A stretch of 64,000 nucleotides of DNA from Octopus vulgaris (taxonomy: Eukaryota): assembly GCA_951406725.2 (NCBI GenBank), contig OX597831.1, positions 2,108,001 through 2,172,000 on the forward strand. Reading direction: 5' to 3'. The stretch's first letter is position 1, and every line of letters begins with the position of its first letter. Positions 1 through 12,685 of the stretch are shown here, one piece after another. Below the pieces are notes generated by a model. That model ran no database searches. It was not told the DNA's origin and saw only the letters and a program-made list of their open reading frames with translations. The position numbers and the translations under genes are program-made.

Positions 1-285
1 GTCTTCTACTATAGCCTCGGGTTGACCAAAGCCTTGCGAGTGGATTTGGTAGACGGAAACTCAAAGAAGCCCGTCGTATATATGTATACATATATATATG
101 TGTGTGTATGTTTGTCCCCCCAACATCGCTTGACAACCGATGCTGATGTTTTTATGTCCTCGTCACATAGCGGTTCGGCAAAAGAGACCGATAGAATAAG
201 TACTGGGCTTACAAAGAATAAGTCCCAGGGTCGATTTGCTCGACTAAAGGCAGTGCTCCAGCATGGCTGCAGTCAAATGACTGAA
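1..285 (+). mobile_element. 5'-truncated tRNA-derived SINE (CORE-like family, many copies in window)
   Basis: Same sequence as copies at 1956-2297, 26058-26411(-), 43605-44027(-), 56625-56995(-): gtcttctactatagcctcggg...gaagcccgtcg...ttgacaaccgatgctg. Confidence 0.85.
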
Positions 286-1080
286 AAACACTGAATATTA
301 CACAACAAATTTTGCAAGCTTCGTCGTTGCTTAGCCCTAGGTCAGTCAAACCTATGATCAAAGTTGTTCCAGTCATGAGCACCTCATCTCTTACTCAGGT
401 TGGTGCACCACATAATCTTGTAGCAGGGTATGAATTGAAAGTTGGATGCTTTTTGTATTGGGTTAAGGGGCAGTGTGGTGGATCCCTTGTTAGCACTTAA
501 GATTCTTGGTTTATTCTTCAAATGGAATTGCAGCTATCATATGACCTACCAGGGGTGGCAAAAACTTCTATTAATAAAACAAACCATATTGTATAGTCAC
601 AGTAGCAGATCTAACAAGGTTTAATACCACCACCACCACCACCACCACCATCATCATAATCATTGAATGTCCGTTTTCCATGCTGGCATGGATTGGAAGG
701 GTTGACTGGAGCTGGTAAGGCCAGAGGCCACACCAGGCTCCATAGAGTGTACTGGGCATTTTTAACACGGGACCAGCACAAGTGTTTTTTATGTGGCAGC
801 AGCACCAGTATCAAGTCTACTGTAGTGAACGGGTTTTCTTGAGGACAGCGATGCACCAGATATCTCCATCCTTAGTCATCTCCGTAAGGCTCAGTGTCTT
901 GAGATTGGACTTCAAAAACTCTACAGCGTATTTACAGAACAATCAACGAGATAGTGATGTGTTAGCAGGAGTTAACTTATATTAGGTATTTCGGATTTAG
1001 TTGGCATTCAGAGAAGGCATTGGGAAACAGAGTACTTGGTCTGCATGCAGTTCTTTATGATGTTTTTTATATAGCAACCG

Positions 1081-1169
1081 TCATGACATAAAACATAACG
1101 CTTTATCAAAAAATTTTGTAACATAGTCTTTAGGTTGAACTTCATTAATCTGATAAATTTTTTGTTTCT
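1081..1169 (-). CDS. putative exon 4 (terminal) of unidentified mitochondrially targeted protein
   Basis: Acceptor tttctag; phase-1 entry matches exon 3; reads (Q)KQKIYQINEVQPKDYVTKFFDKALCFMS*. Confidence 0.4.
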
Positions 1170-1184
1170 CTAGAAACGTTATTC

Positions 1185-1589
1185 TTGGTGGCGACCTGGC
1201 AGAATCGTTAGCACGCCGGGCGAAATGCTTAGCAGTATTTTGTCTGCCGCTACGTTCTGCGTTCAAATTCCGCCGAGGTCGACTTTGCCTTTCATCCATT
1301 CAGGGTCGATTAAATAAGTACCAGTTACACACTGAGGTCGATGTAATCGACTTAATCCGTTTGTCCTTTCTGTGTTTAGCCCCTTGTGGGTAGTAAAGAA
1401 ATAGGTATTTCGTCTGCCATTATATTCTGAGTTCAAATTCCGCCGAGGTCGACTTTGCCTTTCATCTTTTCTGGGTCGATTAAATAAGTACCAGTTACGC
1501 ACTGTGGTTGATATAATCGACTTAACCCATTTGTCTGTCCTTGTTTGTCCCCTCTGAGTGTAGCCCCTTGTGGGCAGTAAAGAAATAAT
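1185..1589 (+). mobile_element. tandem pair of tRNA-derived Meta-domain-like SINEs with 14-bp TSD
   Basis: Two copies of ...gtcgactttgcctttcatcc..gggtcgattaaataagtaccag; flanked by tagaaacgttattc (1171-1184) and tagaaatgttattc (1590-1603). Confidence 0.85.
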
Positions 1590-2683
1590 TAGAAATGTTA
1601 TTCATTCATGCTCTTTTTCAAACAAATATTTATGATTTGCCTAGTCTAGCATGATGTGTTTTACATATTACATATGAGAGTTGTTAAAACAAATTCTTTT
1701 TCTATGATGTGCCACGATCAATATCTCAAAAAGCCTATTGCTAGTCAAAGGCTGACTTCGTTTGGTTTAAAGACATTAAATTAGAAAATAATTTCATATC
1801 TGTAGCATTTAAAATTTTAGATTATTTTAGATTATTAAGATGAAATACTGAATACTAGTGCCTTGAATCTATCTGGTTCCTTATTTCAAAGACTAGAATA
1901 CGTTTCAATTCTGGGCATTCACTAGATAAGGCATGAAAACAAATGTAGACAATGTAGGCACAGGTGCAGCTGTGTGGTAAGAAGCTTGCTTCCCATCCAT
2001 GTGACACTAGGTCCAGCTCCACTGCAAGGCACTTCTACTTTAGCCTTGAGCTAACCAAAGCCTTGAGTGGATTTGTTAGACAAAAACTGAAAGAAGCCCG
2101 TCGTGTGCGTGAGTTTGTATCTTTGTGTTTGTGTTTTTCTTCCACCGCTTGACAACTGGTGATGGTGTGTTTATTTCCACAGTAACTTAGCAATTCGACA
2201 AAAGAGACTGATAGCATAAGTACCAGATTTAAAAAGTACTGGGGCTGATTAGTTCAACTAAATCCTTGAAGGTGGTGCCCCAGCATGGCCACAGTCTAAC
2301 ATCAAAATTGTTAACATTTGTTTGTAATCCTATTTTACAGTTAAATTAAATATGCATAAGTAAAGTTATGTGCAATGCCTAAGGGTACACAAAAAAAAAA
2401 AGTTACATATTCTTTTCTACTCTAGGCACAAGGCCCAAAATTTTGGGGTAGGGGGGGGCGGTCGATTACATCGACCCCAGTACACAACTGGTACTTGATG
2501 AAAGGCAAAGTCGACCTCGGCAGAATTTGAAGTCTGAATGTAAAGACAAACGAAATACCGCTAAGCATTTCGCTCGGAGTGCTAACGTTTCTGCCAGTTA
2601 CATATTATTCATCTGGGTGAACTGAGGATAAATATAGTGATGTGCATTGTCACAAATTCAACAGTGATAAGATTTAAACTTAC

Positions 2684-2766
2684 GTTTATTATCTTCTTCA
2701 TCCAAAATCTCAGGTCGCTCTCTTTTAATCAAAGGTTTATTTGATCCAAATTTGAATTTGTGCCAT
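2684..2766 (-). CDS. exon 3 of unidentified mitochondrially targeted protein
   Basis: ttttacag acceptor, gtaagt donor, 83 nt, phase 2 to 1; (K)WHKFKFGSNKPLIKRERPEILDEEDNK. Confidence 0.7.
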
Positions 2767-3417
2767 CTGTAAAACATTTCAGGTAGAACAAGACCAACTT
2801 TTTTTTAAAAATCAAGAAAAAGACACAATATTTTACATTTTTGAGGGTGGGTGGAACATGCAATTGTTTTTTCTACTAGATGTCTCTCCTTATTACAAAC
2901 CACCCAACCATAAAAGAGGAATGAAGTCTAGTTTTCATTCAGGTAAACTAACGGCATTGACCAGCAAGTTCACAGCTTGGAAGCAATAAAAAAGTAAGCT
3001 AAAGAACACTAGAGTAAGGTAACTTGTTCAGGGAACACAATATAATGATTTCATGATCATAGGTTCAGATTTAGTGCTTTCTTAACTTTAGAGCCATTTA
3101 TTAATGTGATACCTTAAGGTGGTGAGCTGGCACAATTGTTAGCATGCCTGGCAAAATGCTTAGTGGTATTTCGTCTGCTGCTAAGTTCTGAGTTCAAATT
3201 CTACCAAGGTCGACTTTGCCTTTCATCCTTTCGGGGTCAATAAATTAAGTACCAGTTGCATATTGGGGTTGACTTAATCCCTTCCCTCAAATTTGAGGCC
3301 TTGTGCTTCCAGTAGAAAGGATTAATATGATACCTTAATACTTGGGATAAAAAAGGAAAAAAAAAACTAGTTTCTTATAAATACACAACACTACAAATTT
3401 AACATGTTGGTCTAAAT

Positions 3418-3667
3418 CGGTGATTCTCAACTGGAGCCCCTATGGCTCTTGGGGATCCATATAAGATTTTGTTGATAAAATTGATCTGCAATAAATTGTT
3501 ATACTTCTGCAACACAAACTATTTTAGCCATTTTTTAAAATACAGTTCCTAATAATATTCAATTACAAAAATATGATTTTTTTAAAAATCGAATGGCTAG
3601 GACAGTCCATTTGAGTAAAATAGGAATCAAAGGGGGTCCATAGGTAAAAAATGGTTGCGAAACACTG
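3418..3667. mobile_element. hAT-type MITE
   Basis: Imperfect TIRs cggtgattctcaac / gttgcgaaacactg; 8-bp TSD gtctaaat/gtttaaat. Confidence 0.75.
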
Positions 3668-3894
3668 GTTTAAATTATACACTTCATGAAATTAAAATAT
3701 GAACAAAATTCCATGACAGTGAATGTTTATGATTATCAATTCAAATTATAAAAAGGAAAATTACAAGCTGAAGTATACTTCCTGGCAAAATGTGGAATGT
3801 AGGGATGATGAGTAAGAGAGACAACGGGAAAGGGAAAATACTTTTAGCATAAAACACGAAAAAAAAATTACGTTTTAGAAAATCAATAACATTC

Positions 3895-4644
3895 AATATC
3901 CTCCGCGCTGGTATGGGCATGTGACGAGAATGGGTGAAGATAGTTGTGTGCAAAAGTGCCACACTCTAGCAGTTGAGGGAACCTGTGGAAGAGGTAAACC
4001 CAGGAAAATCTGGGACGAGGTGGTGAAGCACGACCTTCGAACTTTAGGTCTCACCAAGGAAATGACTAGAGACCGAGACCTATGGAAGTATGCTGTGCGT
4101 GAGAAGACCCGGCAAGACCAGTGAGAACAGTCAAAATCAAACCAAATCAACATCAGTGGAAATTGCAGCTGTGGTTAAGCGAACCATCCGATCGTTTGTC
4201 CGTTGCCAGCCCCCGTGCCGTAGGCACGTAAAAGCACCATCCGCTTGTGTCCGTTGCCAGCCTCGCCTAGCCCCCGTGCTGGTAGCACGTAAAAGCACAA
4301 TCTGTTCGTGTCCGTTGCCAGCCTCGCCTGGCCCCCGTGCCGGTAGCACATAAAAGCACCATCCGTTCGTGTCTGTTGCCAGCCTCGCCTGGCCCCCGTG
4401 CTGGTGGCACATAAAAACACCATCCGTTCGTGGCTGTTTGCCAGCTCTGTCTGGCACCTGTGCAGGTGGCACATAAAAAGCACCCACTACACTCACGGAG
4501 TGGTTGGCGTTAGGAAGGACATCCAGCCGTAGAAACACTGCCAAATCTGACTGGGCCTGATGAAGCCTTCCGGCTTCACAGACCCCAGTTAAACCGTCCA
4601 ACCCATGCTAGCATGGAAAACGGACGCTAAATGATGATGATGAT
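3895..4644 (+). mobile_element. RTE-clade LINE 3' end with tandem-repeat-containing 3' UTR and (gat)n tail
   Basis: Translates LRWYGHVTRM...GRGKPRKIW...RDLWKYAV (RTE C-terminal motif); ~61-bp tandem units at 4180-4480; tail catgctagcatggaaaacggacgctaaatgatgatg recurs across the window. Confidence 0.85.
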
Positions 4645-4825
4645 GGAGCCTCTACAAAACTTTGACCTGCTTGAAATAGTAGCTATATGGATAATGTACT
4701 TCAAAATATACATTGTCTAAAATGAAAGGTTTGATAAAAGCACCAGGTGCACACCAAAGTTAATTCAATCAATTCCTCTAACAAAGTTGTGACCTTGTGC
4801 CAATGTAAGAAATCCTTATACTTAC

Positions 4826-4916
4826 TTGGTCATAGAACGACGTGATTGACTCGTTACATTGAGATCTGTGGATCCTTTCAAAACAGCATTTATATTGATC
4901 ACTTGAGTTAATGGGG
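4826..4916 (-). CDS. exon 2 of unidentified mitochondrially targeted protein
   Basis: ttttttgtag acceptor, gtaagt donor, 91 nt, phase 1 to 2; (S)PLTQVININAVLKGSTDLNVTSQSRRSMT. Confidence 0.7.
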
Positions 4917-5497
4917 CTACAAAAAATATAAATGAACATTTCAAATAAGATGTAATAAAACAACCTGTTTAAGCTTTATTACTTAGTTCAATCAATGAAT
5001 TCTGAGAATGGAGCTAGAGTCTTGGCTAATGTAAGGGCCATGTAGTATATGCTGACAAAGAAACACTAAATGCACAAGAATAATATGCAAGAGAAGCACC
5101 TAAAGTATAATATTGCCTGGTAACAGGACACAGGTATTGGATACGAAGGATGTGTAAAGCTGAGACTTTTCTTTCAATATAAGCAAAAAACATTAATACA
5201 TTAGAGGTGGGGTATTTGTGGTAGGGAGAATAGAAAACCAGTAAGTGACTAAGGAGATTCTATGATGTATGTGTCATTTGTGAAACAATTATGTTGAATG
5301 GACAGTGGGTGAAAAGGGAAATACAGAAAGCTAGTTCAAAGGAACAACAGTCATTGTAGTAAAGGTAGAATAATCAGAGAGATGAAACAGCAGGCTAGAG
5401 ACAAATATCTCAGGCCCAAAACCATCATTAGTGACTTACTCGCTCCATCACACGTCCTTATTGCTGCAGTGGAGTAGAGATACTTCATCCCATAGCT

Positions 5498-5686
5498 CAG
5501 TGGTTTTCAACCAGGGTTCCGCCAGTACAGTCTAGGGGTTCCGCAAGAAGTTAAAAAACTGCTAAAATCGGCAGTAATTTTTAATTCTCCTGTGCATAAG
5601 ACTATTAAATTATTGCACAGGGGTTCCTCGAGTCAGTGGAATGTTTCCTTGGGGTTCCGCTCCAGCAAAAAGTTTGAAAAGCACTG
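5498..5686. mobile_element. hAT-type MITE
   Basis: TIRs cagtggttttcaa / ttgaaaagcactg; perfect 8-bp TSD ccatagct (5490-5497, 5687-5694). Confidence 0.9.
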
Positions 5687-5749
5687 CCATAGCTAAACAA
5701 AATAAGATACTGAAATACCATAATTTGTTGGTAAATTATATCTTTTCAA

Positions 5750-5930
5750 CCTCTAGCTGCTGAGTTGGTGTGGAGAGCTGGAATGCTCCATTAGCATCCA
5801 ACTTCACCAAAGTATCAGATGACGTTAGGGAGAGTACCTGGCTGCTCCAGTGCCTCAACCAGGCAATCACCTGTGGTAATGCTGTATTTTTGGCACAATG
5901 TATATACCGAGGGAGTGTGCATACTTCTAT
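5750..5930 (+). mobile_element. CRE/R2-like retrotransposon RLE C-terminal relic
   Basis: ESTWLLQCLNQAITCGNA resembles the xxWLFQRLSxAIQRGNA terminal motif of RLE-type non-LTR elements. Confidence 0.5.
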
Positions 5931-6971
5931 TTTGATTATTTATTTACTGATTTCTCTTTTCCTCCCTCCTTTCTTAAATTAGCTATGTCTTCATATATCT
6001 TTGTAGAATGAGTTGGTGAGTGAAACTTTACCAATGCAATGTTGGGGCGACTGTGTACTGTACATAATCAGAAATGAGGGGCAGTTTTGCAGTAAGACGT
6101 GTAGTGATTGATGGTGGTCAGGGCGAGGATACTGAATCTTGTGGTGGTTAGTATCAAAGGAAGTTGAGGCGATGATGATGGCAATAAAATCGGAAACTAC
6201 AGTTTAAAAACTAAGTTTTTACTGACTGGGAAACTCTGAAATTTATTATGAAGAATTTTTTAAAAAATGGCCTTGTGCAATTTGTTGACTGTTCGCATGC
6301 TGGAGACGTCCGCATATTGGAAATATCCCAATGCAGAAGAATTAACATTTTATATCTTGTTAAAATGATTATCAGTTGCTGGCATCCCCTTTTCTGTTTA
6401 TTATACACTAACAGACTTCTTCCATGACCTTAATTCTGCTACAATTTACGATCGATTTAAGCAGACTATACAAATACTGCATGAAGCAAAGTTTAAAGAC
6501 GACGTAAGTTTGCGAAAACACAATTAATTTAAATCATTCGCTGATGTCCTTGCAATTGTTTATTCGAGATATACCTTGATAAAGTAGACTAATCATAAAA
6601 GTGTGTTCCAGCCGTAACCACCTATTTTCTTTTGTCCAAACATGTGTATTTCTATATTATCAAGTGTATCTTTCATTTAAAAAAAAAAATAGGGTGTCTT
6701 GGAAGAAATTAGGTTGCCTTTTTTTTTTATCTAACAACAGTTGACAACATATAGACACTCTCCTTTGGAGCGTTGTGCCCTTGTAGGAAACAGGGGTAGC
6801 GAGGGAGAAACGGGTGCGAGACGGTAGACCCATCACAGCATGAGTATTGAAGTACTATTTACTTTGAAACATCGCTGAACAAATATACTTTTAACATTAC
6901 ATTATCGAAATTAATACAGACACTGCATAAAGAAGTGTGGCATAAATATACATATATATTTATATACTTAC

Positions 6972-7041
6972 AAGGGCATTTGTTGGGGAGATTTTGGAAA
7001 AACCGAGACAGCGAGCAGAATGACCTTAACGAGACAGCCAT
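6972..7041 (-). CDS. exon 1 (ATG) of unidentified protein with mitochondrial-type presequence
   Basis: aaaATGg start in a CpG-containing region; MAVSLRSFCSLSRFFQNLPNKCP (R/S/L-rich, no acidic residues); gtaagt donor at 6971, phase 1. Confidence 0.7.
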
Positions 7042-7273
7042 TTTCTCTCGATTAGTTACGTCTGCTGAACTGCCGGCTGCGACTAATCATCACTGGTATT
7101 ACTGTAGCTTTGCATTCCAGTTTCGAAATGGATCTAAAACTTGAAAGAACAGTTTAAATAAAATTAGATTATGATGTTTTAATAATTTTTGTTTTGTCTT
7201 TGAGCTTTTTTTTATTGTAATCGTAAAGTCATACAAATATGTCTACGCTTGCTTCCATCGCAGTTTGCGTCTG

Positions 7274-7345
7274 TCCTCGGTAGTATAGTGGTAAGTATCC
7301 CCGCCTGTCACGCGGGAGACCGGGGTTCGATTCCCCGCCGGGGAG
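7274..7345 (+). tRNA. tRNA-Asp-GTC: tRNA-Asp(GUC)
   Basis: 72-nt cloverleaf tcctcgg...ccgggga-g; anticodon arm cccgc-ctGTCac-gcggg; T loop ttcgatt; Pol III T-run at 7353-7360. Confidence 0.97.
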
Positions 7346-7531
7346 GCCATTATTTTTTTTCTTTTTTAAGCGCAGGTGAGGCAGTTTTGCAAGAAGTTTG
7401 CTTCCCAACTACATGACTTCGAGTTCAATTCCACTACGTGTTGCTTTGGCAGGCTTTTTCTGTTAAAACCTCTGGCGAGCCAAAACCTTATCCGTGTGGA
7501 TTTGGTCGATGGAAACTGAAAGAAGCCCGTC

Positions 7532-7583
<52 letters not shown>

Positions 7584-7752
7584 AATATTAGGGAATAAAT
7601 CCAAATTTACAGGGAAAAAATCAGATTTAGGATTAAATCCAATTTTATAGTAAAATATTATAAAATATTATTAGAGACAAAACCACTATTTTGCAAAACA
7701 AACAAGGAAAGACTTAATCAATACATAAAATTTTAATAAATAGTCAAAAAAA

Positions 7753-7796
<44 letters not shown>

Positions 7797-8060
7797 GTAT
7801 ATATATATATATTTATGTGTGTCTTTGTTTACCCCCTTCCCTCTTACAGCTTGACAATCAGTGTCAGTGCGTATATTTATATAAACTACATTCCAGGATT
7901 AAAAAAAGAAAGGTAGGATCTAGTCTTTTTCATTCGCAAAATGAGATCCGAAACGTCCATTCATTCAACTAAAAATTCTTCAAGGCGGTACCCCAGCATG
8001 GCCGTAGTGTAATGACTCAAACAAGTAGAAGATAACAGATATGCTTGTATTTTATTCATC

Positions 8061-8174
8061 TGTATGTATGTATGTATGTATGTATGTATGTATGTATGTA
8101 TGTGTGTATGTATGTGTGTATGTATATATGTATGTATGTATGTAAGTATGTATGTGTGTATGTATGTGTGTATG

Positions 8175-8208
<34 letters not shown>

Positions 8209-8242
8209 TGTATGTATGTATGTGTGTATGTATGTGTGTATG

Positions 8243-8281
<39 letters not shown>

Positions 8282-8345
8282 GTATGTATGTATGTATGTA
8301 TGTATGTGTGTATGCATGTATGTTTATATGTAAGTGTGTGTGTAA
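8061..8345. repeat. (tatg)n compound microsatellite
   Basis: Visible tetranucleotide array; source of spurious YVCM/HTYI ORFs. Confidence 0.95.
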
Positions 8346-8639
8346 ATGTGCGCGTGTGTTAAGTAGAAAACAACTGAAACTATCTTTATCTTTTATCTTT
8401 TACTTGCTTCGATTATTAGACTGCGGCCATACTGGAGCATTGCCTGGAATTTAAGTCGAACGAATCAACCCCAATGCTTATATTTTTAAAACCTACTACT
8501 TAATATATCGATTCCTTTCGCCTAACTGCTGAGCTACGGGGCTATAAACATACCAACACCGGTTGTCAAGCGGTGGGTGAGAAACAAACACAGACACAAA
8601 GATGCGCACACATCGATATATCTTGAAATTTTAGAAATT

Positions 8640-9430
8640 ATCCTATTAGGAACAGCAGATGGGAAAATTACTCGACAGAACCTGTCTGTGTTTTTACCCT
8701 CGCATCCTCTCCATTATCTTTGATAATAAAGGCATGGCCAATTTTCGTCTATCCCGATCGATAGGTTCCCACGGGAACTAAACAGCATCGTCTATCTGGC
8801 ATGATAAAACAATCCTTGTTCCTCAATTTACCACGGTAAGCTCCTTTTCTCCCTTCAACATACATAACGGAGACACCATTGACACACACCCAACAGCAAT
8901 CACCACCATTGTGAGCTCTCTTAGAAACTAAGATCACCTCTTCTGCATCAGGGAGACCATTTTAATTTCCAGCGGATTCAGACTATTCTTGCGTGTCTCT
9001 TTGTAAATAAACTCCATCCTCTATGTAGATTATGGAGACATTTTACTTCTCAACCGTAGTGAAGAGGTCTTATCTAAGAACTTGAGCATTCCGATTAAAC
9101 CCAGCAGTGTACGAAAACGGTTTTGCCGAAACCACAAAGAGGTGACAGACATGAACTCCGCAAACCACAGTAAAAGCTAACCATCTAAGAAAGTAGTGAC
9201 TCCACAAGAACAAAAACAAACAAAAAAACAACTGATACAGAATAGAAATGACGCTCACGTCGGAGTCACCATTATAGTTAGTGGTCCGTGGTGCGTGTAT
9301 CGACTGCTATCAGAAGGCTGAAATAATACATATAATGTGCCAGATGGAAAAGAGAAGAGACACAACCGAGTAGAAGGCGTATGAAAGATTTATTGATATA
9401 TCTGCATGTATCTGTGTGTGTGTATTGAAT
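8640..9430 (-). mobile_element. decayed Gypsy-like LTR retrotransposon (LTR remnant, PBS, gag/protease relics)
   Basis: PBS TGGTGACTCCGACGTGA at 9271-9255 (near-perfect tRNA-Trp complement); aataaa in adjacent LTR-like segment; frameshifted CFYHAR knuckle-like and (D>Q)TGS protease-like motifs downstream. Confidence 0.55.
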
Positions 9431-10076
9431 CTTGCAAGCATGAAATGGATTCGATCCACCATAGCCAAATTTAAATTAAGACTTCAACAGAACTTTTCTC
9501 ACGGTAAAACAATAGTTTTTCTGTGTCAGCAGTTTTACATTTTCCAGATGCCTTCAGCTAGGCTGAAATAATGTCTTCACCACTTGACCCTTCTAACCTC
9601 TTCTATTTCACCAAAAGCTAGAATTAAGATAACAAGACCACCAACTAAATCTATTGTTCTCAATGATATGCCTATCCTTCTGGATAGTTATAAAAGCAAG
9701 ATCCCCAAGCAAAAATCAATCAGTCACTTTGGTGACAACTCTTGAGTTGAGAGAGCTAACATCAGTTAGTGAACCGACCACTAGAATCATGGAAGCAGGC
9801 AGAAAAACGGCCAAAGGGAAAAAGAAAAACAACGTCCCACACTCTCACTAGCTCTAATTCTGTTCTCTTACAACATCGTTCTATCTCTTTCTAATTACTA
9901 CTAAACAATGACGAGAACACAAACACAAACTATGCAAGGAAAAACTATATCTATCTTTACCTCGCATGCTTTGCGGTTTTATCACCTGCCTGTCGAGGCA
10001 AGGTATATTCGATGTAACGTGTAAAAATAAAATGAATATTTCCTTAAAACTTCATGCCTTGTTCATCTTTCATCGT

Positions 10077-10132
<56 letters not shown>

Positions 10133-10161
10133 CACATACATAACAACAACAACACACACAC

Positions 10162-10239
<78 letters not shown>

Positions 10240-10242
<3 letters not shown>

Positions 10243-10600
10243 AGGTTTGGAGATGATGTACAGGTATTATATATTAGAAGAAATGAGGTAATCAGAAGAT
10301 CGGATGGTTTATATTTACAGATATTTATTTATATATTACATTTTTTATGTATATATCATATCACTTAGATCATTAGCGCTTTCTCCAATTCTAGTGAGGT
10401 TTTCAAATCAAACTAAGTTCCTGTGTGGGGAACACGATGGGCATCTTTCAGTATGACAACTGGATCAAATATCAGGCGATCCAAGTGGGAGGATTTCAAC
10501 AGGACAGTGAAGAACAATTACTAGTTTCACTGTTCATTACCAGTTCGTCAGGAGCATTTACTTCCTCCGATTTTCAGAGATAGAAAGTAACATGCAGTCA
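10240..10600 (-). mobile_element. Penelope-like element terminal fragment with hammerhead core
   Basis: Minus strand ctgacga-actg..cagt-gaaactagta at 10551-10519; adjacent to (ta)n/(ca)n. Confidence 0.5.
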
Positions 10601-11614
10601 CTTATCGACAACCACCGCTTCTATTCATTTGTATATAAAAAGTAAATATATATTCATTAAACCTCATTCATGTATTTTTTTTAAAGTTTGTACTTTTTTT
10701 TCCATTTAAGGCAAATTAAAATTTATTAAGAATATTTTGTGTGCGTCATTCATTACATCATCACCTATATGATTCACCCATAATTAGATAACGGACCAAC
10801 CCCTACCTTGTCGACCTGCTAGAAATAATAGCCAAATCTCCCTCAAGTTACGTTCTACGGACTTAGAAGAAAAAAAAAAACGGATACATCAGATAATGTC
10901 GTCCAAGATACTTATAAAACGGTGGGATGTTTACGGCTTGTATATTTTTGATCATAGGTCAGCTTGGGGCTAATCAACAGTGTATAACAGTAGATGTGCA
11001 TGTTTAATTGCAAGAATATATCTACCACAATACAATTGTTGCATGTTAGGACGTGTGTCTGTGTGTTAGTAAGTTATGAACCGAATGTCTTGGGTGCTGA
11101 CTCATACAAAAGAAGGTATTTTCATCTGACTATTGTATGATGCTGCGCCTGCGCGCATATGTGTATATGTATATGAATATGTGCACATAGTATATATATT
11201 TATTATATATGTAGGTCCCGGGTTGAGTCGGGGTTAACCACAGTAAATAAGGTACTCAATACATAGCAGAGTAAATTTGAATGAAACAGTTCTAGTCCTG
11301 TAGAAGCTCCTTCTATAAAATAAAATATTTATTATATATTGTGTGTGTGTGTGTGTGTATGCGTGCGTGCAGGGATGAATGTACATACATGTTTGTGTAA
11401 TGCACGTAGGGTAGGGTGCACGTAAAGATAGACAGTAATGGGGAAAATATTTAAATAGATCCACTGATAGCGCGAGAGAGAGAGAGAGATTTTGGCAGAT
11501 TAATCACGAGAGATGGTGAGAACGAAAAAAGAAAACAGTGTCGAGAGATGAACAGAGAACAGTGAAGGGTGAGGCTCTGAATGCGAAACAAGAAATATAT
11601 CAGCTTCTTTTTAA

Positions 11615-11760
11615 AAATGAACCAATGAAATGATTAAACTGAACAGCAGCAAGTGATTGGGACGACGGAGGCGAGGGCGGCGGAGGGTAACAATTAGGGC
11701 GGCTGCATTCAATGCCGCTCAACACATGTTATTGCGGCACCTCATCCGAAGTTAGTAACA
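11615..11760 (+). promoter_or_regulatory. putative Pol II promoter (CCAAT and GC boxes) upstream of hAT-derived gene
   Basis: ccaat 11622, attgg 11656, gggcgg 11675 and 11697; local CpG/GC enrichment in AT-rich background. Confidence 0.45.
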
Positions 11761-12685
11761 TTACCACATGATTTTTTTTTTCATAACATGTTTACTGCTA
11801 AGGTTTCGATATGTTGTTTCTATCATCATTGCTGTTACTATAGGTCAGCCTTGTACTACTAATTCAATTGTGAAATCTATTATGTTGTTGCAATATCTAT
11901 AATTGTTATTGTTCTTTACTTTCTCTATCCCTCTATATTTATTTACATATTTATATATATATATATATGTTACATTCCTAGATTGCTCTTGCTTCGCTTC
12001 AACGATCGGTTGTTTATTATTATTTTTACTTACTTACTTTTTCTCTTTTGCCTTTTTCTTTTTTCCCTCAAATCCTCCAATTACCGGTTCCTCCGCTGCT
12101 TCTCCACTAATATTCTCTCTGTCCCATTTCTACCGTTATGTTATTATGAAATTGTTCTTCACCCTCTGTCCCATTTCTCCCGTTATGTCATTACGCAATT
12201 GTTCTTCACCCTCACATACATGTGTATGTGCCTTACTTAACTATACTGTGTCTTCTTCTCTTCCGCTATCAGTTTTTCCTTCCCTCCTTTTGCACTTTTC
12301 CCTGTGGTATTAGTATCAAATCCTCAAGTTGCCATTCCGTCCCGGCTACTTACTCTGTTGCTTTTCCACTGCCAGTTCCTCGACTGTTTCTTCACTGATG
12401 ATAATTTCTGTCCTATTCCCACTGACCGGTTACTATATTCTTAACTCGCTCGCTCTCTCTCTCTCTCTGTATATATATTTATATAAATTTACTATGCTTT
12501 TTCTACTTAGCTTTAACTATATATTTTTTCCTACTGTCAGATCCTTAAGCTGCTAGTTCATTCAAAGCTATTTTCTCTAGTCTTTATCTCTATCTACTAC
12601 CAGTTTCTCTACCCTCATTCTTCTGCTGTTGTTCTTATGTAGCTCGTATTCTTACTGCTGCTTGCTCTGTTCCTTCTCCACTGCA

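Noticed and set aside
6428-6476. Possible exon 2 of the 7041 gene
   Set aside because: Open only in phase 0 whereas exon 1 ends in phase 1; weak donor
7961-8454. ORFs of YVCM/HTYI repeats
   Set aside because: Translation of the (tatg)n microsatellite
11903-12556. Hydrophobic F/L/S-rich ORFs
   Set aside because: Low-complexity pyrimidine-rich strand, probably 5' UTR or intron
12629-12685. ORF-track start of the hAT ORF
   Set aside because: TTG start in a pyrimidine tract; the first ATG is at 12686
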